From the NCBI GenBank assembly GCA_015069395.1, contig SVIR01000001.1:27268-91267 (forward strand): 64,000 nt of DNA. The letters run 5' to 3'. The DNA is from Clostridiales bacterium. GTDB lineage: Bacteria; Bacillota; Clostridia; Christensenellales; UBA1242. Below are positions 27,019-36,583 of the stretch, piece after piece. The notes below the pieces were generated by a model that searched no databases, was not told where the DNA came from, and was given only the letters and a program-made list of their open reading frames with translations. Each line of letters starts with the position of its first letter. Position 1 is the first letter of the stretch. The position numbers were made by a program, and so were the translations under genes.

Positions 27019-28341
27019 TTACATATCTTTTCTTCTATAATCAACCTCAATTACATCTTTTTCTTTCTTTTTCTTTGCTTCTGCTTCTATCCATTTCTTT
27101 ACAATCCAAGTTGTAAGAGGAGTTAAAGCAATCATAATTATTTGTCCAATAATCAAATAGATCGCAAACAAACTTGTGTACATAAATGTAAATATACCCA
27201 TAATTATAGGCATTACAAAATACATAATCATATTCTGTTTTTGAGCTGGTTGATTTTTGTTTTTCATTAATTTGTTAGAAAGCCAAATAGACAAGAATGA
27301 TGTCAAAACAGCCAAAATTGTCAAAATATAATAACCATTGTGTTGTTTTCTTATAGAATCAAGTTGACCATTGTTTTCTATAATATTATTGAAGATTTTT
27401 CCTTCATAATCATTTGCTTCTTCCAATGTCTTCTCTTCGTCTGAATAATATTTAGATAAATATTCTTTAATTTCTTTTTCTGTAAACATTGGATTTGAAG
27501 GAGATTCTGATCTATAGATATTTTTAATCCATAAAAATCCTTCTCTTGTATCTTCAAAATAATCTCTTACTGTTTGTTCTGCCAAAGTTTTAAATATTTC
27601 ATTGTATCCAGTGTCTGTTGTAAAAGCATTTGATATGACTTCTCCTTCAGAAACTTCAGGCAATTCAATTACATATTGACTAAGCAAATTATAGATATTT
27701 TCATTTGTCAATTCTGTATTATAGTCAAATTCAAATGGAATTTCTCCACCATTTTCTCTTGTCAAAGTAACAACAAGCTTTGTCAAATCTTCGTTTAGTT
27801 CTGCTTCTAAAGAATATTCTTCGCCAGCAGTCTTTGCTTCTGATATTTGCAACTTTAATGCATCTGCTCCAGCTATTGAAGAGTCATTAAGTTGGATTAC
27901 ATTTGCATACAAAGATTTCATATTTTCATATTGATAACAAATATTGTAGTTTGAAACTGCTTGCAATGAATTCCACAATGTCAAGAAAACCGTAAATTGT
28001 AAGATCATTGTGATAATCATTGGAAGACAACTTCCCATCATTGAAAATTGATACTTCTTATAAACCTCTTGTTGTTTTTGCTGAAGCAATCTTTGATCGT
28101 GACCATACTTTTTTTGAATTGCTTCAAGTTCTGGTTTCATCTTTGTATTTATATCCATATTCTTCATATTGACTTTTTTATTCAAAATGTCAACAAGAGA
28201 AAACAAAACTCTTACTATCACAGCAATCAAAATTACTGCTAAAATGTAAGTTCCCATCGCACCCTTAAATGAATTCAAAATAGTTGGCCAAAAGCCCGAT
28301 GGTTGTTTCAAAGCAACAAGTGCTGTGCTTACAAAATCCAT
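27019..28341 (-). CDS. yidC: Membrane protein insertase YidC/Oxa1 family, with a large internal insertion
   Basis: Conserved position after rnpA-yidD. Multiple TMs, a GFLWIKNI motif and a basic C-tail. At 440 aa it is far longer than typical Firmicute YidC. Confidence 0.8.
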   Translation of the reverse strand: MDFVSTALVALKQPSGFWPTILNSFKGAMGTYILAVILIAVIVRVLFSLVDILNKKVNMKNMDINTKMKPELEAIQKKYGHDQRLLQQKQQEVYKKYQFSMMGSCLPMIITMILQFTVFLTLWNSLQAVSNYNICYQYENMKSLYANVIQLNDSSIAGADALKLQISEAKTAGEEYSLEAELNEDLTKLVVTLTRENGGEIPFEFDYNTELTNENIYNLLSQYVIELPEVSEGEVISNAFTTDTGYNEIFKTLAEQTVRDYFEDTREGFLWIKNIYRSESPSNPMFTEKEIKEYLSKYYSDEEKTLEEANDYEGKIFNNIIENNGQLDSIRKQHNGYYILTILAVLTSFLSIWLSNKLMKNKNQPAQKQNMIMYFVMPIIMGIFTFMYTSLFAIYLIIGQIIMIALTPLTTWIVKKWIEAEAKKKKEKDVIEVDYRRKDM

Positions 28342-28592
28342 AAATCTTCTCCTTTAATATTTATAGGAACAGGGTCAACCCCTCTTTTCTTTTGCCAAGG
28401 AACACATCTAAAAATCCTCTTTACGCCAAGCCACGACCCTTTAAAGATTCCAAATCTTTCAACCGACTTTATGAAATAGTTTGAACAGGACGGAAAAAAG
28501 ATACAACTATGTGGAAGTAAAGGTGATATTCCATACTTATATAGATACACTGGTGACAAAAAGATTTTTTTAATTATTTTTTTTGCTTTCAT
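28329..28592 (-). CDS. yidD: Membrane protein insertion efficiency factor YidD
   Basis: YKYGISPLLPHSCIFFPSCSNY...G...G..R..RC.PW matches the YidD signature. Confidence 0.88.
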   Translation of the reverse strand: MKAKKIIKKIFLSPVYLYKYGISPLLPHSCIFFPSCSNYFIKSVERFGIFKGSWLGVKRIFRCVPWQKKRGVDPVPINIKGEDLWIL

Positions 28593-28902
28593 ATTTCTTA
28601 AACAATTTGATAAGTTCTTCTTTCAATTGAATAAAAGTCAAACAAACAGAATTTTCTTTTGCTAAAATCACAAAATTACAAAAAGAAGGAATGTCGATTT
28701 CTCTACGAGCAATCTCTTTAATCCTTCTTTTTAGCAGGTTTCTTTTGTTTGCTTTTCCCAACTTTTTGCTAATTGAAATGCCAAGCTTATAGTCTTTGTA
28801 TTTGCTTTTTACTACAAAAAGACAAAAGTTTTCGGTATGAACTCTTTCTCCATTTTTGTAAATAAAATTAAATTGACTATTTTTTTTAAGTCTATGTTCC
28901 AT
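28570..28902 (-). CDS. rnpA: Ribonuclease P protein component
   Basis: 110 aa and basic (KK..KANKRNLLKRRIKE), directly downstream of rpmH. Confidence 0.9.
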   Translation of the reverse strand: MEHRLKKNSQFNFIYKNGERVHTENFCLFVVKSKYKDYKLGISISKKLGKANKRNLLKRRIKEIARREIDIPSFCNFVILAKENSVCLTFIQLKEELIKLFKKYESKKNN

Positions 28903-28914
28903 TTCTCAAAAACC

Positions 28915-29049
28915 TTAAGCAGCGATATTCTTTCTGCCTCTGTTTCTTCTTCTTTTCAACACATTTCTTCCACCTTGTGTCTTCATTCTTTGACGGAATC
29001 CATGTACTTTTTGTCTTTGTCTTTTCTTAGGTTGATAAGTTCTTTTCAT
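28915..29049 (-). CDS. rpmH: 50S ribosomal protein L34
   Basis: Below the ORF-track cut-off. My translation is [44 protein letters not shown] (44 aa). Confidence 0.95.
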   Translation of the reverse strand: MKRTYQPKKRQRQKVHGFRQRMKTQGGRNVLKRRRNRGRKNIAA

Positions 29050-29123
29050 TTTTTTCTCCTTAATTTTTAGCATTAACTCCTATTGCAAAAGGTATTTTCT
29101 TTCGAATAGATTTTACGAACTCT

Positions 29124-29152
29124 ATTATATCTGAAAAAAAACGATTTGTCAA
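29124..29152 (-). promoter_or_regulatory. Consensus sigma-A promoter of the rpmH operon
   Basis: On the minus strand: TTGACA, 17 nt, TATAAT. Confidence 0.6.
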
Positions 29153-29284
29153 CTGCAAATGACACCATTTTTTTTAAAAATTATTTCGTAAAATGTCGCA
29201 AAAGAAAGTGTTGTTTTCTATATATTTTAATTTTCGATTTTATCGCAACAAAAAAACACTCAATTTATGAGTGTTTTTTGAATT

Positions 29285-30385
29285 TTAACCGATCATTCTT
29301 ACAGGTAAAATCAAATATAAGAATTCGTCTCCTTCAACTGGAACAATTACACAAGGATTTGCAGGAGAATTGAAACAAATCTTAACAAATTCGTCGCCAT
29401 TTGCTTTTAAGTTTTCGATAAAGTATCTAGCATTGAAAGCAATCAAAAGTTCTTTTCCCGTCATATTGATGTTTACATTTTCTTTTACATTTCCAAGTTC
29501 TGAATTTGATGTAATGCAAAGATTTTTTTCTTTTACTTCAAATTTAACACAATTTCCTTGTCCCACTTTAGAAAGAAGAGAAGCTCTTTCAAGGGCATCT
29601 TCAAATTGACCTTTGTTTATAACGCAAATTGTTTCATAGTTTGCTGAAATGATTTGTTTATAATTTACAAAATCTCCTTCCAACAATCTTGTAGTAACTT
29701 TTGTATCTCCAAAATCCACCATAAGAGTGCTTCTATCAACATAAACATTTATAATTTCTTCACTGTCATCAAGAAGTCTAGATATCTCTGACAAACTCTT
29801 TGCTGGAATAACTATATTCATAGTCAAGTTTGAAACAATTGTTTTCTTAACTTTCGCTAAACGATATCCGTCAAGAGCAACAGCATTGATTGTGTTTTTG
29901 TCTATATCAAACAAAACACCTTTCAAAATTGGTCTAGAATCGTCAATAGCAACTGAGAAGATTGTCTTGTTGATAATTGTTTTCAAATCTTTTTTTGAAA
30001 TCCCAAAATAATCCAAACTTTCAAGTTTCTTAAATGAAGGATATTCCAAAACATTATAACATTGAATCAAACTTTGGCTATCGTCATATTTGATAAGCAT
30101 TTGATTTTTTTCATTAAGTTCGAGTTCAATCATTTCATTTGTAAGTTTTTTAATAAATTCGGTAATAAACTTTCCTGGAACAACAGCTTCGCCTTCGGTT
30201 TTGATGTTTGCTTTGATTTTCTTTTCAATTGAAAGTTCTGTATCTGTAGCACTCAAAGTCAAAGTATCGTCTTCGGCTACGATTTTAATACCCTCCAAGA
30301 TAGGGTTTGTGACTTTGTTTGATATAGCTTTGCTAACACTCATTAGTGCATCTGAAAGCTCAATCCCATGACAACTAACTAACAT
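29285..30385 (-). CDS. dnaN: DNA polymerase III beta sliding clamp
   Basis: 366 aa with three-domain clamp-like sequence (...NPILEGIKI..., ...LPVRM at the C-terminus), downstream of dnaA. Confidence 0.95.
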   Translation of the reverse strand: MLVSCHGIELSDALMSVSKAISNKVTNPILEGIKIVAEDDTLTLSATDTELSIEKKIKANIKTEGEAVVPGKFITEFIKKLTNEMIELELNEKNQMLIKYDDSQSLIQCYNVLEYPSFKKLESLDYFGISKKDLKTIINKTIFSVAIDDSRPILKGVLFDIDKNTINAVALDGYRLAKVKKTIVSNLTMNIVIPAKSLSEISRLLDDSEEIINVYVDRSTLMVDFGDTKVTTRLLEGDFVNYKQIISANYETICVINKGQFEDALERASLLSKVGQGNCVKFEVKEKNLCITSNSELGNVKENVNINMTGKELLIAFNARYFIENLKANGDEFVKICFNSPANPCVIVPVEGDEFLYLILPVRMIG

Positions 30386-30938
30386 TTCTCTGCTCCTTTT
30401 TTATGTAATCATTATAACACAAAACCTTTGCGCGTGCAAGTATAATTTATATTTTTAAATATTTTTTTAATAATATTACCCATAATAAGGTTTTGTAGAA
30501 ATGTGGATAAATTAGGACTGTTTCTAGAAAATGTCAATATATAGTAGTTCCGTGAGAGGCTTGTATACAAGATAACCAAAATATTTATGTGGAAAAATGT
30601 GGACAAGTTTGTAGATAAATATAATTTTTTTATCCACAAATTATTTTTTTGTTGTGGACAAATAAAAAAATTGTCGAAAAAAAACAAAAAAATCTTTTTA
30701 AAGAATTTTTTATTATTTATAAATATATTTATGGATATTATTATATACGCCTAAAAACGGACGGTGTATAAATATTAAATGATTTTTTATTGTACTATTT
30801 AGAAAAAATATAAAAAATTAAAAAAAATAATAAAAAAAGTTAAAAAAAACATGTTTTTTACGATTTTTTATGTTTTTTTATACTTTTTTTTAACAATTTT
30901 TTAAAAAACATTATTTAAAAAAATAAAAAAGGAGTTTT
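30386..30938. other. oriC: Candidate oriC (DnaA-box cluster plus AT-rich unwinding region) in the dnaA-dnaN spacer
   Basis: There are two perfect DnaA boxes: TGTGGATAA at 30502-30510 and TTATCCACA at 30630-30638. There are three one-mismatch boxes at 30588-30596, 30598-30606 and 30654-30662. A roughly 240-bp, almost pure A/T stretch follows at 30700-30938. Confidence 0.75.
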
Positions 30939-32288
30939 TTAAACTCCTTCCAACATATTTCTAATTTCATTTACAAGTGTCTGAGTCTTTTTATTGACTT
31001 TCAAATCTTGAGTAATCTTGTCTCGTGAATGCATTATTGTTGTATGGTCACGTCCTCCAAATATCTTTCCAATGTTTACAAGAGGAAGATTTAAAAGTTC
31101 GCTGATCAAATAGATTGATATCATTCTAGGTTCTACAATGTCTTTGGTTTTCTTTTTTCCAATCAAGTCTTGATATGATACATTGAAATAATCACAAACA
31201 ATCGTAATAATTTTGTCTGGAGTAAGATCGTTTTTGATCTCTTCTTTTTGATTTGAGAAGATGTCTTTAACTTCTTCCATTGTTGCTACTTTTTTGCCTG
31301 AAAGAGTTGCCAAGAAATAAACTTCTGAAAGTTTTCCCTCAAGTTCTCTAATATTTGTGTCAATGTGCTCTGCAATATAATTTAAAACTTCGTCTTCAGC
31401 ATAATATTTTTCAAGTTGGCTTTTTTTGTGTAAAATTGCGATTCTTGTTTCAATGTCAGGTTGTTGAATGTCGTGAATAAGACCACTTGCAAATCTAGAA
31501 CGAAGCCTGTCTTCAAGGGTAGGTATATCCTTTGGTGGTCTATCAGAACAAATAATAACTTGTTTGTTGCTTAAAATTAATTCGTTGAATGTATGGAAAA
31601 ACTCTTCTTGAGTTTCTTTTTTGTTTGAAATAAACTGGATGTCGTCAACCATCAAAACATCCAAATTTCTATATTTGCCTCTAAATTCCATAACAGCCTT
31701 ATTTTTTGTTGGGGAATAAAGAGAAGAAATATAGTCATTTGTGAACTGCTCACAAGTAGTATATAAAATTTTTAAATCTGGAGAAAATTCTCTCAAATAA
31801 TTTCCAATAGAATGCAAAAGGTGTGTTTTTCCAAGGCCAACACCACCATAAATAAAAAGAGGATTGTATCTTTTTCCTGGGTGTTCAGCAACCGTTCTAG
31901 CCGCAGCATAAACAAATTGATTGCTTTTTCCAACTACAAAATTGTCGAAAGTATATTTTTCCATAAATGGATTTTTTTCTTCTTTCTTGTGTAAATTTTT
32001 ATCGTCAACCCTGTTGTTTTTTAGATACTCAATTTCTTCATTTTGATCAAGAACAACGATTTTTAATGGTTTTCCAACAATTTCAAAAGTACAATCGCCA
32101 ATTTTGTCAATAAAGTTTCTCAATATTTGATTTTTAGCAGAAACGGATTGAGCAGCGATTATAAAATTGTCTTTGTCGTCAATTTCAATAGGTTTTATTG
32201 TCTTAATCCACAACATAAATGAAACTGACGAAACTCGAAGCTCCAATTTTTCTAGAATTTGTTGCCATATTACATTTATATCTTGCAT
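30939..32288 (-). CDS. dnaA: Chromosomal replication initiator protein DnaA
   Basis: AAA+ motifs GGVGLGKTHLL and LMVDDIQF, sensor region, C-terminal DnaA-box-binding signature (GGRDHTTIMHS). Confidence 0.97.
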   Translation of the reverse strand: MQDINVIWQQILEKLELRVSSVSFMLWIKTIKPIEIDDKDNFIIAAQSVSAKNQILRNFIDKIGDCTFEIVGKPLKIVVLDQNEEIEYLKNNRVDDKNLHKKEEKNPFMEKYTFDNFVVGKSNQFVYAAARTVAEHPGKRYNPLFIYGGVGLGKTHLLHSIGNYLREFSPDLKILYTTCEQFTNDYISSLYSPTKNKAVMEFRGKYRNLDVLMVDDIQFISNKKETQEEFFHTFNELILSNKQVIICSDRPPKDIPTLEDRLRSRFASGLIHDIQQPDIETRIAILHKKSQLEKYYAEDEVLNYIAEHIDTNIRELEGKLSEVYFLATLSGKKVATMEEVKDIFSNQKEEIKNDLTPDKIITIVCDYFNVSYQDLIGKKKTKDIVEPRMISIYLISELLNLPLVNIGKIFGGRDHTTIMHSRDKITQDLKVNKKTQTLVNEIRNMLEGV

Positions 32289-32413
32289 CTTTCACCTCTC
32301 AATCGTATAAAAAACTTTGTCAGAGCAAAGTTTGTCTAAAAAAATTATAAATTACAGAAAATAAATTGTCAAGCAACTTTGAAATATTAAAATTTTGTGA
32401 TAAAATATATTCA

Positions 32414-33493
32414 ATGAAAATAAAGAGCCTTAAGATTCAAAATTTTAGAAATTACAAAAACTTAAAGGTTGACTTTAAAGACGAAGTCAATGTCTTTATC
32501 GGCAAAAATGCTCAAGGAAAAACGAACTTACTTGAAAGTATCTTTTATTGTTGCATAGGAAAGAGTTTCAAGTCTTGCAAAGACAAAGAAATGATAAATT
32601 GGAATGAAGAACACTCTTCTATTAAAATTGAAGTTGAAAAAAAATATAGAGATGTTGAAGTAGAGATAAATTTGTTTAAAAATCAAAAAAAATCTATTAA
32701 GATAAATGGCATTGCTATTAGAAAAATAGGTGAACTTATTGGAGAAATAAACATAGTATTTTTCTCACCACAAGAAATGAAGCTTGTTAGAGAGAGCCCA
32801 GAAGAAAGACGAAAATTTATGGATATTGACATATCGCAAAACAATAAAAGATATTTTTATCAGTTGAGTAGATATGAAAAAATTTTGGCAAACAGAAACA
32901 AACTTTTGAAGATGTCTCAAAATATAGAAACGGTTAAAGAAACAATAGAAATCTGGGATAGAGCACTGATAACTTCTGCAAAATATATAGCTTTTGAGAG
33001 ACAAAAGTTTTTAGAACAAATCTTACCATATTCTCAAAAAGCACATTCTTATATAAGCAATGGAAAAGAAGAATTGAATTTGTTTTACAAGTGTGGATGC
33101 CAAGTTGGATTAGACGAAAATTTTGAAAAAAATTTAGAGAAGGTTTTAAAGAAAAATTTATACAAAGATTTCAAACTGGGACATACAACTGTTGGTGTTC
33201 ACCGTGACGATATTGACATATATTTAAACAATGTTGAAGTCAAGAGTTTTGGTTCGCAGGGACAACAAAGAACAGTTGCACTTTCTCTTAAATTAGCCGA
33301 ACTAGAAAATATGTATAATATAAATGGAGAATATCCTATTCTGCTTTTAGACGATGTTTTCAGCGAATTGGATTCAGAAAGACAAAAAAGACTCTTAAAA
33401 TTTGTCGGTAGAACACAAACCTTCATTACTTGCACAGACGAAAAGAAAATTGAAGGTCAGATATTTAAAATTAGTGATGGCAATTTAATTTAA
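32414..33493 (+). CDS. recF: DNA replication and repair protein RecF
   Basis: MKIKSLKIQNFRNY, Walker A GKNAQGKTNLLE, signature FGSQGQQRT, Walker B LLLDDVFSELD. Start moved to the ATG at 32414. Confidence 0.9.
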   Translation: MKIKSLKIQNFRNYKNLKVDFKDEVNVFIGKNAQGKTNLLESIFYCCIGKSFKSCKDKEMINWNEEHSSIKIEVEKKYRDVEVEINLFKNQKKSIKINGIAIRKIGELIGEINIVFFSPQEMKLVRESPEERRKFMDIDISQNNKRYFYQLSRYEKILANRNKLLKMSQNIETVKETIEIWDRALITSAKYIAFERQKFLEQILPYSQKAHSYISNGKEELNLFYKCGCQVGLDENFEKNLEKVLKKNLYKDFKLGHTTVGVHRDDIDIYLNNVEVKSFGSQGQQRTVALSLKLAELENMYNINGEYPILLLDDVFSELDSERQKRLLKFVGRTQTFITCTDEKKIEGQIFKISDGNLI

Positions 33494-33554
33494 AGTTGAA
33501 ATAATTGTTGCAATTAAAGATAAAAATAGTTATAATAAAAGAAAAGGAGTCGTT

Positions 33555-36494
33555 ATGGAAATTTATATTATTTGGGGAAGCGTAGGTCTTTTGTGTTTGT
33601 TCCTTTTGGTGGGACTTTTATCAGGGCTTACAAGAGGATTAAAAAGATCTTCTTTACACCTCTTATTTTTTGTGATAAGTTTTGTTTTGTCATTTTTAAT
33701 CACAAAATCTATCACAAATGCTGTTTTAGGGATAAATATAACAGTAGGTGGCACAACTCAATCTATTTCGAATTTTATTATAAATATGGTTGAGGAACAA
33801 TTTAACTTAGCAAGTTTCGAATCAGCACAAACATTTTTACACAACTTGCCAACTGCAATTGCTTCACCAATTGTATTTTTGCTTATCTCTTATATATGTT
33901 ATTTCTTGTTTGATATTATTTATCTTATTATCGCAAGAGTTTCTTTTGGTAAAAAGAAAAAAGATTTTCAAAAAAACAAGCCATACAGAGCATATGGTGC
34001 AGTGGTAGGTGTTTTTGAAGGTTTGTTATGTTTGTTTATTACATTTGCACCATTGACTGCGCTTACAAACACATATGCCGAACTTGCTGAGGTTCAAGCA
34101 GCAGCTCAGGTCTATTCACAATCAGAACAGGAAAATTCAAACCAAATGAAGACAATTGGTGAAACGTTGGCAGAATTCATTCCTCAAGAAGTGCACGAGA
34201 TTATAATGAGCTATAATGATAGTGTAATTGGAAAAGTTTCTGGTGCTGGTGGAGTAGACAACTTGTTGTTTGATGGATTGTCAAACTTTAAGGTTGATGG
34301 AGAAAAGATTAAGTTTAGAGAAGAGGTAATAAATCTCGCTGATTGTTATGACGATTTTGTAGTCGTATATAATGGAATTAATACAGATATAACCCAAGTT
34401 GACTTAACAAGCCTTAGAGCTAGCGTTGAAAAGTTTTTGGACGATGGTCTCTTTAAGTCTGTCGTTTCAAATACAATAAGAGATGTGATTGTTAAATTTG
34501 AAGAAATAAAAGAAGATCTAAATCTTACAGAGTTGCCACAAATAGCACAAGACATTATAAACGATTTATATACAGTTTTTACTGCCGATGACTTTGATCC
34601 AAGTGCTTATTTAAAAGAAAACATTTTGGACGTAATAGATACCTTTACAAAAGTTTTGGATTATGAACTTATCGAAAAATTTAATGCTTTAGAAAATCAA
34701 GAAATTGAAACAATTTTAGAATATATAAATACAAATAGCACAGAAATAAAAAATGTTTTGAAAGAAGCGCTTAGCGTTAGGATTATAAACGATTGCTACA
34801 ACTCAATTGGAAAATTTGCTTCTCAATCATTCCAAGAAGCTCTTGAATCAGATCCAGCTCTTGAAATGAAACTCAATATGACAAAAGAAAACAAAAATCA
34901 AATGGTTGAGGATATTTTCTCAGCTGTAAGTGGAATTGTAGAATTGAGTCAAGACGTAAACATTTTTGAAATAACTGATTCTGAAAATCCTACTGAGATC
35001 ATTGTTTCTCTCGACGAAGAAACTGTTGTTAAGCTTGGCCAAGTTTTGGACAAAATCAACGAAATAAACATTTTAGTATTGCCAGTAGAAGATGGCGTTA
35101 GAACAGAACCTGCTTATGTGTTTACAAACTTTATGAAATCTGTGGGAATGGATCTCTTGGGAGATAATGTAATAACTTCTCTTGGAGTTGATACAATCAA
35201 TACTTATGAAGAATTCTTTACATTTATTAGCAAGCCAATAGATGTCATAAATCAATTGGAACTTACTACAGAAACCGAAACAGATGTAATTTTGGAAAAA
35301 TTTAAATTGGCTTTAGATGCAAATCCTGGACTGGTAAGAGATGTTTTGATCCCATTCTATCAATTGGATTTAGCAAATATTCAAGGTACGTCATTTAAAG
35401 ATTTGTTGTTTAATGATATTTTAAAGATTGTGTTAACTTTAGGAGCAGGTGATCCTGATGTAACAGAAGAAGAGAAAGATCAAGCAATAAATCAATTTAT
35501 ACAAATGGTTGAAGACGGAAAAACTACAAAACTAGAAAAGGTTTTATTGATGGACAATGAGCTTTTAGCTATGAGCAGATATTTTAATGTTTTCTTCCAT
35601 GGAGAAGTTGTCGTTGGAGATAAAACTTATAGCTATTTTGAGTACGATAAGTTAGACGGTATTTACCAAGAAGATTTGTTTAAAGCGGCTCTGAGCCAAA
35701 AGACTGTCGACGGAATTAGAACCGACTTTGAGATTCTTGCAGACGCTTGTCTTGATTCAAAAGTGATAGGTCTTAAAAATAGTATTTTTATGGGATTTGA
35801 TGATGCTCTTCGTAGTCTTACAGGACAACGTATAGAAACTCCAACTGAAATAAACGCTGCTGACAAGAGCAAAATTATTTCCGATTTAAAAGAAATCTTT
35901 GAAATTGTTTTAGACTTGGACGAAATTTGTGATATATGTTATCCAAAGTTAGGAAAAATTATTGATATATTGAAAACAAATGCTTACAACAATGGTGGAA
36001 CAAAAGGAATCTTTGACGATGCGTTCAAGGCTTTGGTTTGGTATGCAACAGGTGACGATATCAACGAAACAGCAACTTTCTCAGGAACATCTCATTCAAT
36101 GAGTGCAGACATTAAGAAATATCTGGCAGTAGAAGAGCTTGAAGACTATTATACAATAAACTTCGAAGAGAAACTAATTGAAATCTCAAAGGCTCTAAAT
36201 CTCGCAGAGAGTTTGACAGGCGCTGTTGAAGGAATTTCTTTAAGTGTTGATACTATTGAAGAATATGTTGAAGCTATTAAAGAAGTTGTAAATGCTATGG
36301 AAGGAACAGACGCAGAAAACACTGCAATCATAGAAAATCTTACAACTCTTGTAAACAACAATGCAGAATACAAGCTTTTGAGCGACACAGATAAAGAGAC
36401 TTATGGTTCGGCCATTGTTACAGCTTTAGAAGATGGAACAACAGGAATTAAATATCCTACAGAACTTAAAGCTTTGTTTGGACTTTCAGCATAA
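33555..36494 (+). CDS. CvpA-like membrane protein with ~800-aa acidic C-terminal extension
   Basis: The N-terminal ~170 aa have four hydrophobic segments arranged like colicin V production (CvpA) family proteins. The remainder is acidic and appears helical, with no recognisable domain. Confidence 0.4.
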   Translation: MEIYIIWGSVGLLCLFLLVGLLSGLTRGLKRSSLHLLFFVISFVLSFLITKSITNAVLGINITVGGTTQSISNFIINMVEEQFNLASFESAQTFLHNLPTAIASPIVFLLISYICYFLFDIIYLIIARVSFGKKKKDFQKNKPYRAYGAVVGVFEGLLCLFITFAPLTALTNTYAELAEVQAAAQVYSQSEQENSNQMKTIGETLAEFIPQEVHEIIMSYNDSVIGKVSGAGGVDNLLFDGLSNFKVDGEKIKFREEVINLADCYDDFVVVYNGINTDITQVDLTSLRASVEKFLDDGLFKSVVSNTIRDVIVKFEEIKEDLNLTELPQIAQDIINDLYTVFTADDFDPSAYLKENILDVIDTFTKVLDYELIEKFNALENQEIETILEYINTNSTEIKNVLKEALSVRIINDCYNSIGKFASQSFQEALESDPALEMKLNMTKENKNQMVEDIFSAVSGIVELSQDVNIFEITDSENPTEIIVSLDEETVVKLGQVLDKINEINILVLPVEDGVRTEPAYVFTNFMKSVGMDLLGDNVITSLGVDTINTYEEFFTFISKPIDVINQLELTTETETDVILEKFKLALDANPGLVRDVLIPFYQLDLANIQGTSFKDLLFNDILKIVLTLGAGDPDVTEEEKDQAINQFIQMVEDGKTTKLEKVLLMDNELLAMSRYFNVFFHGEVVVGDKTYSYFEYDKLDGIYQEDLFKAALSQKTVDGIRTDFEILADACLDSKVIGLKNSIFMGFDDALRSLTGQRIETPTEINAADKSKIISDLKEIFEIVLDLDEICDICYPKLGKIIDILKTNAYNNGGTKGIFDDAFKALVWYATGDDINETATFSGTSHSMSADIKKYLAVEELEDYYTINFEEKLIEISKALNLAESLTGAVEGISLSVDTIEEYVEAIKEVVNAMEGTDAENTAIIENLTTLVNNNAEYKLLSDTDKETYGSAIVTALEDGTTGIKYPTELKALFGLSA

Positions 36495-36502
36495 TGAAAA
36501 TA

Positions 36503-36533
36503 AAAGTTGAGTTTTTAAAACTCAACTTTTTTG
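36503..36533 (+). terminator. Rho-independent terminator
   Basis: AAAGTTGAGTTTT-t-AAAACTCAACTTT followed by Ts. Confidence 0.7.
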
Positions 36534-36583
36534 TTGTCAAAAAAAATATAATGTGATAAAATCAAAAACATATAAGGAGTGTT

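Noticed and set aside
30412-30687. 91-aa ORF in the dnaA-dnaN spacer
   Set aside because: It lies entirely within the DnaA-box cluster and AT-rich DNA, has a low-complexity translation and no RBS. The region is better explained as oriC.
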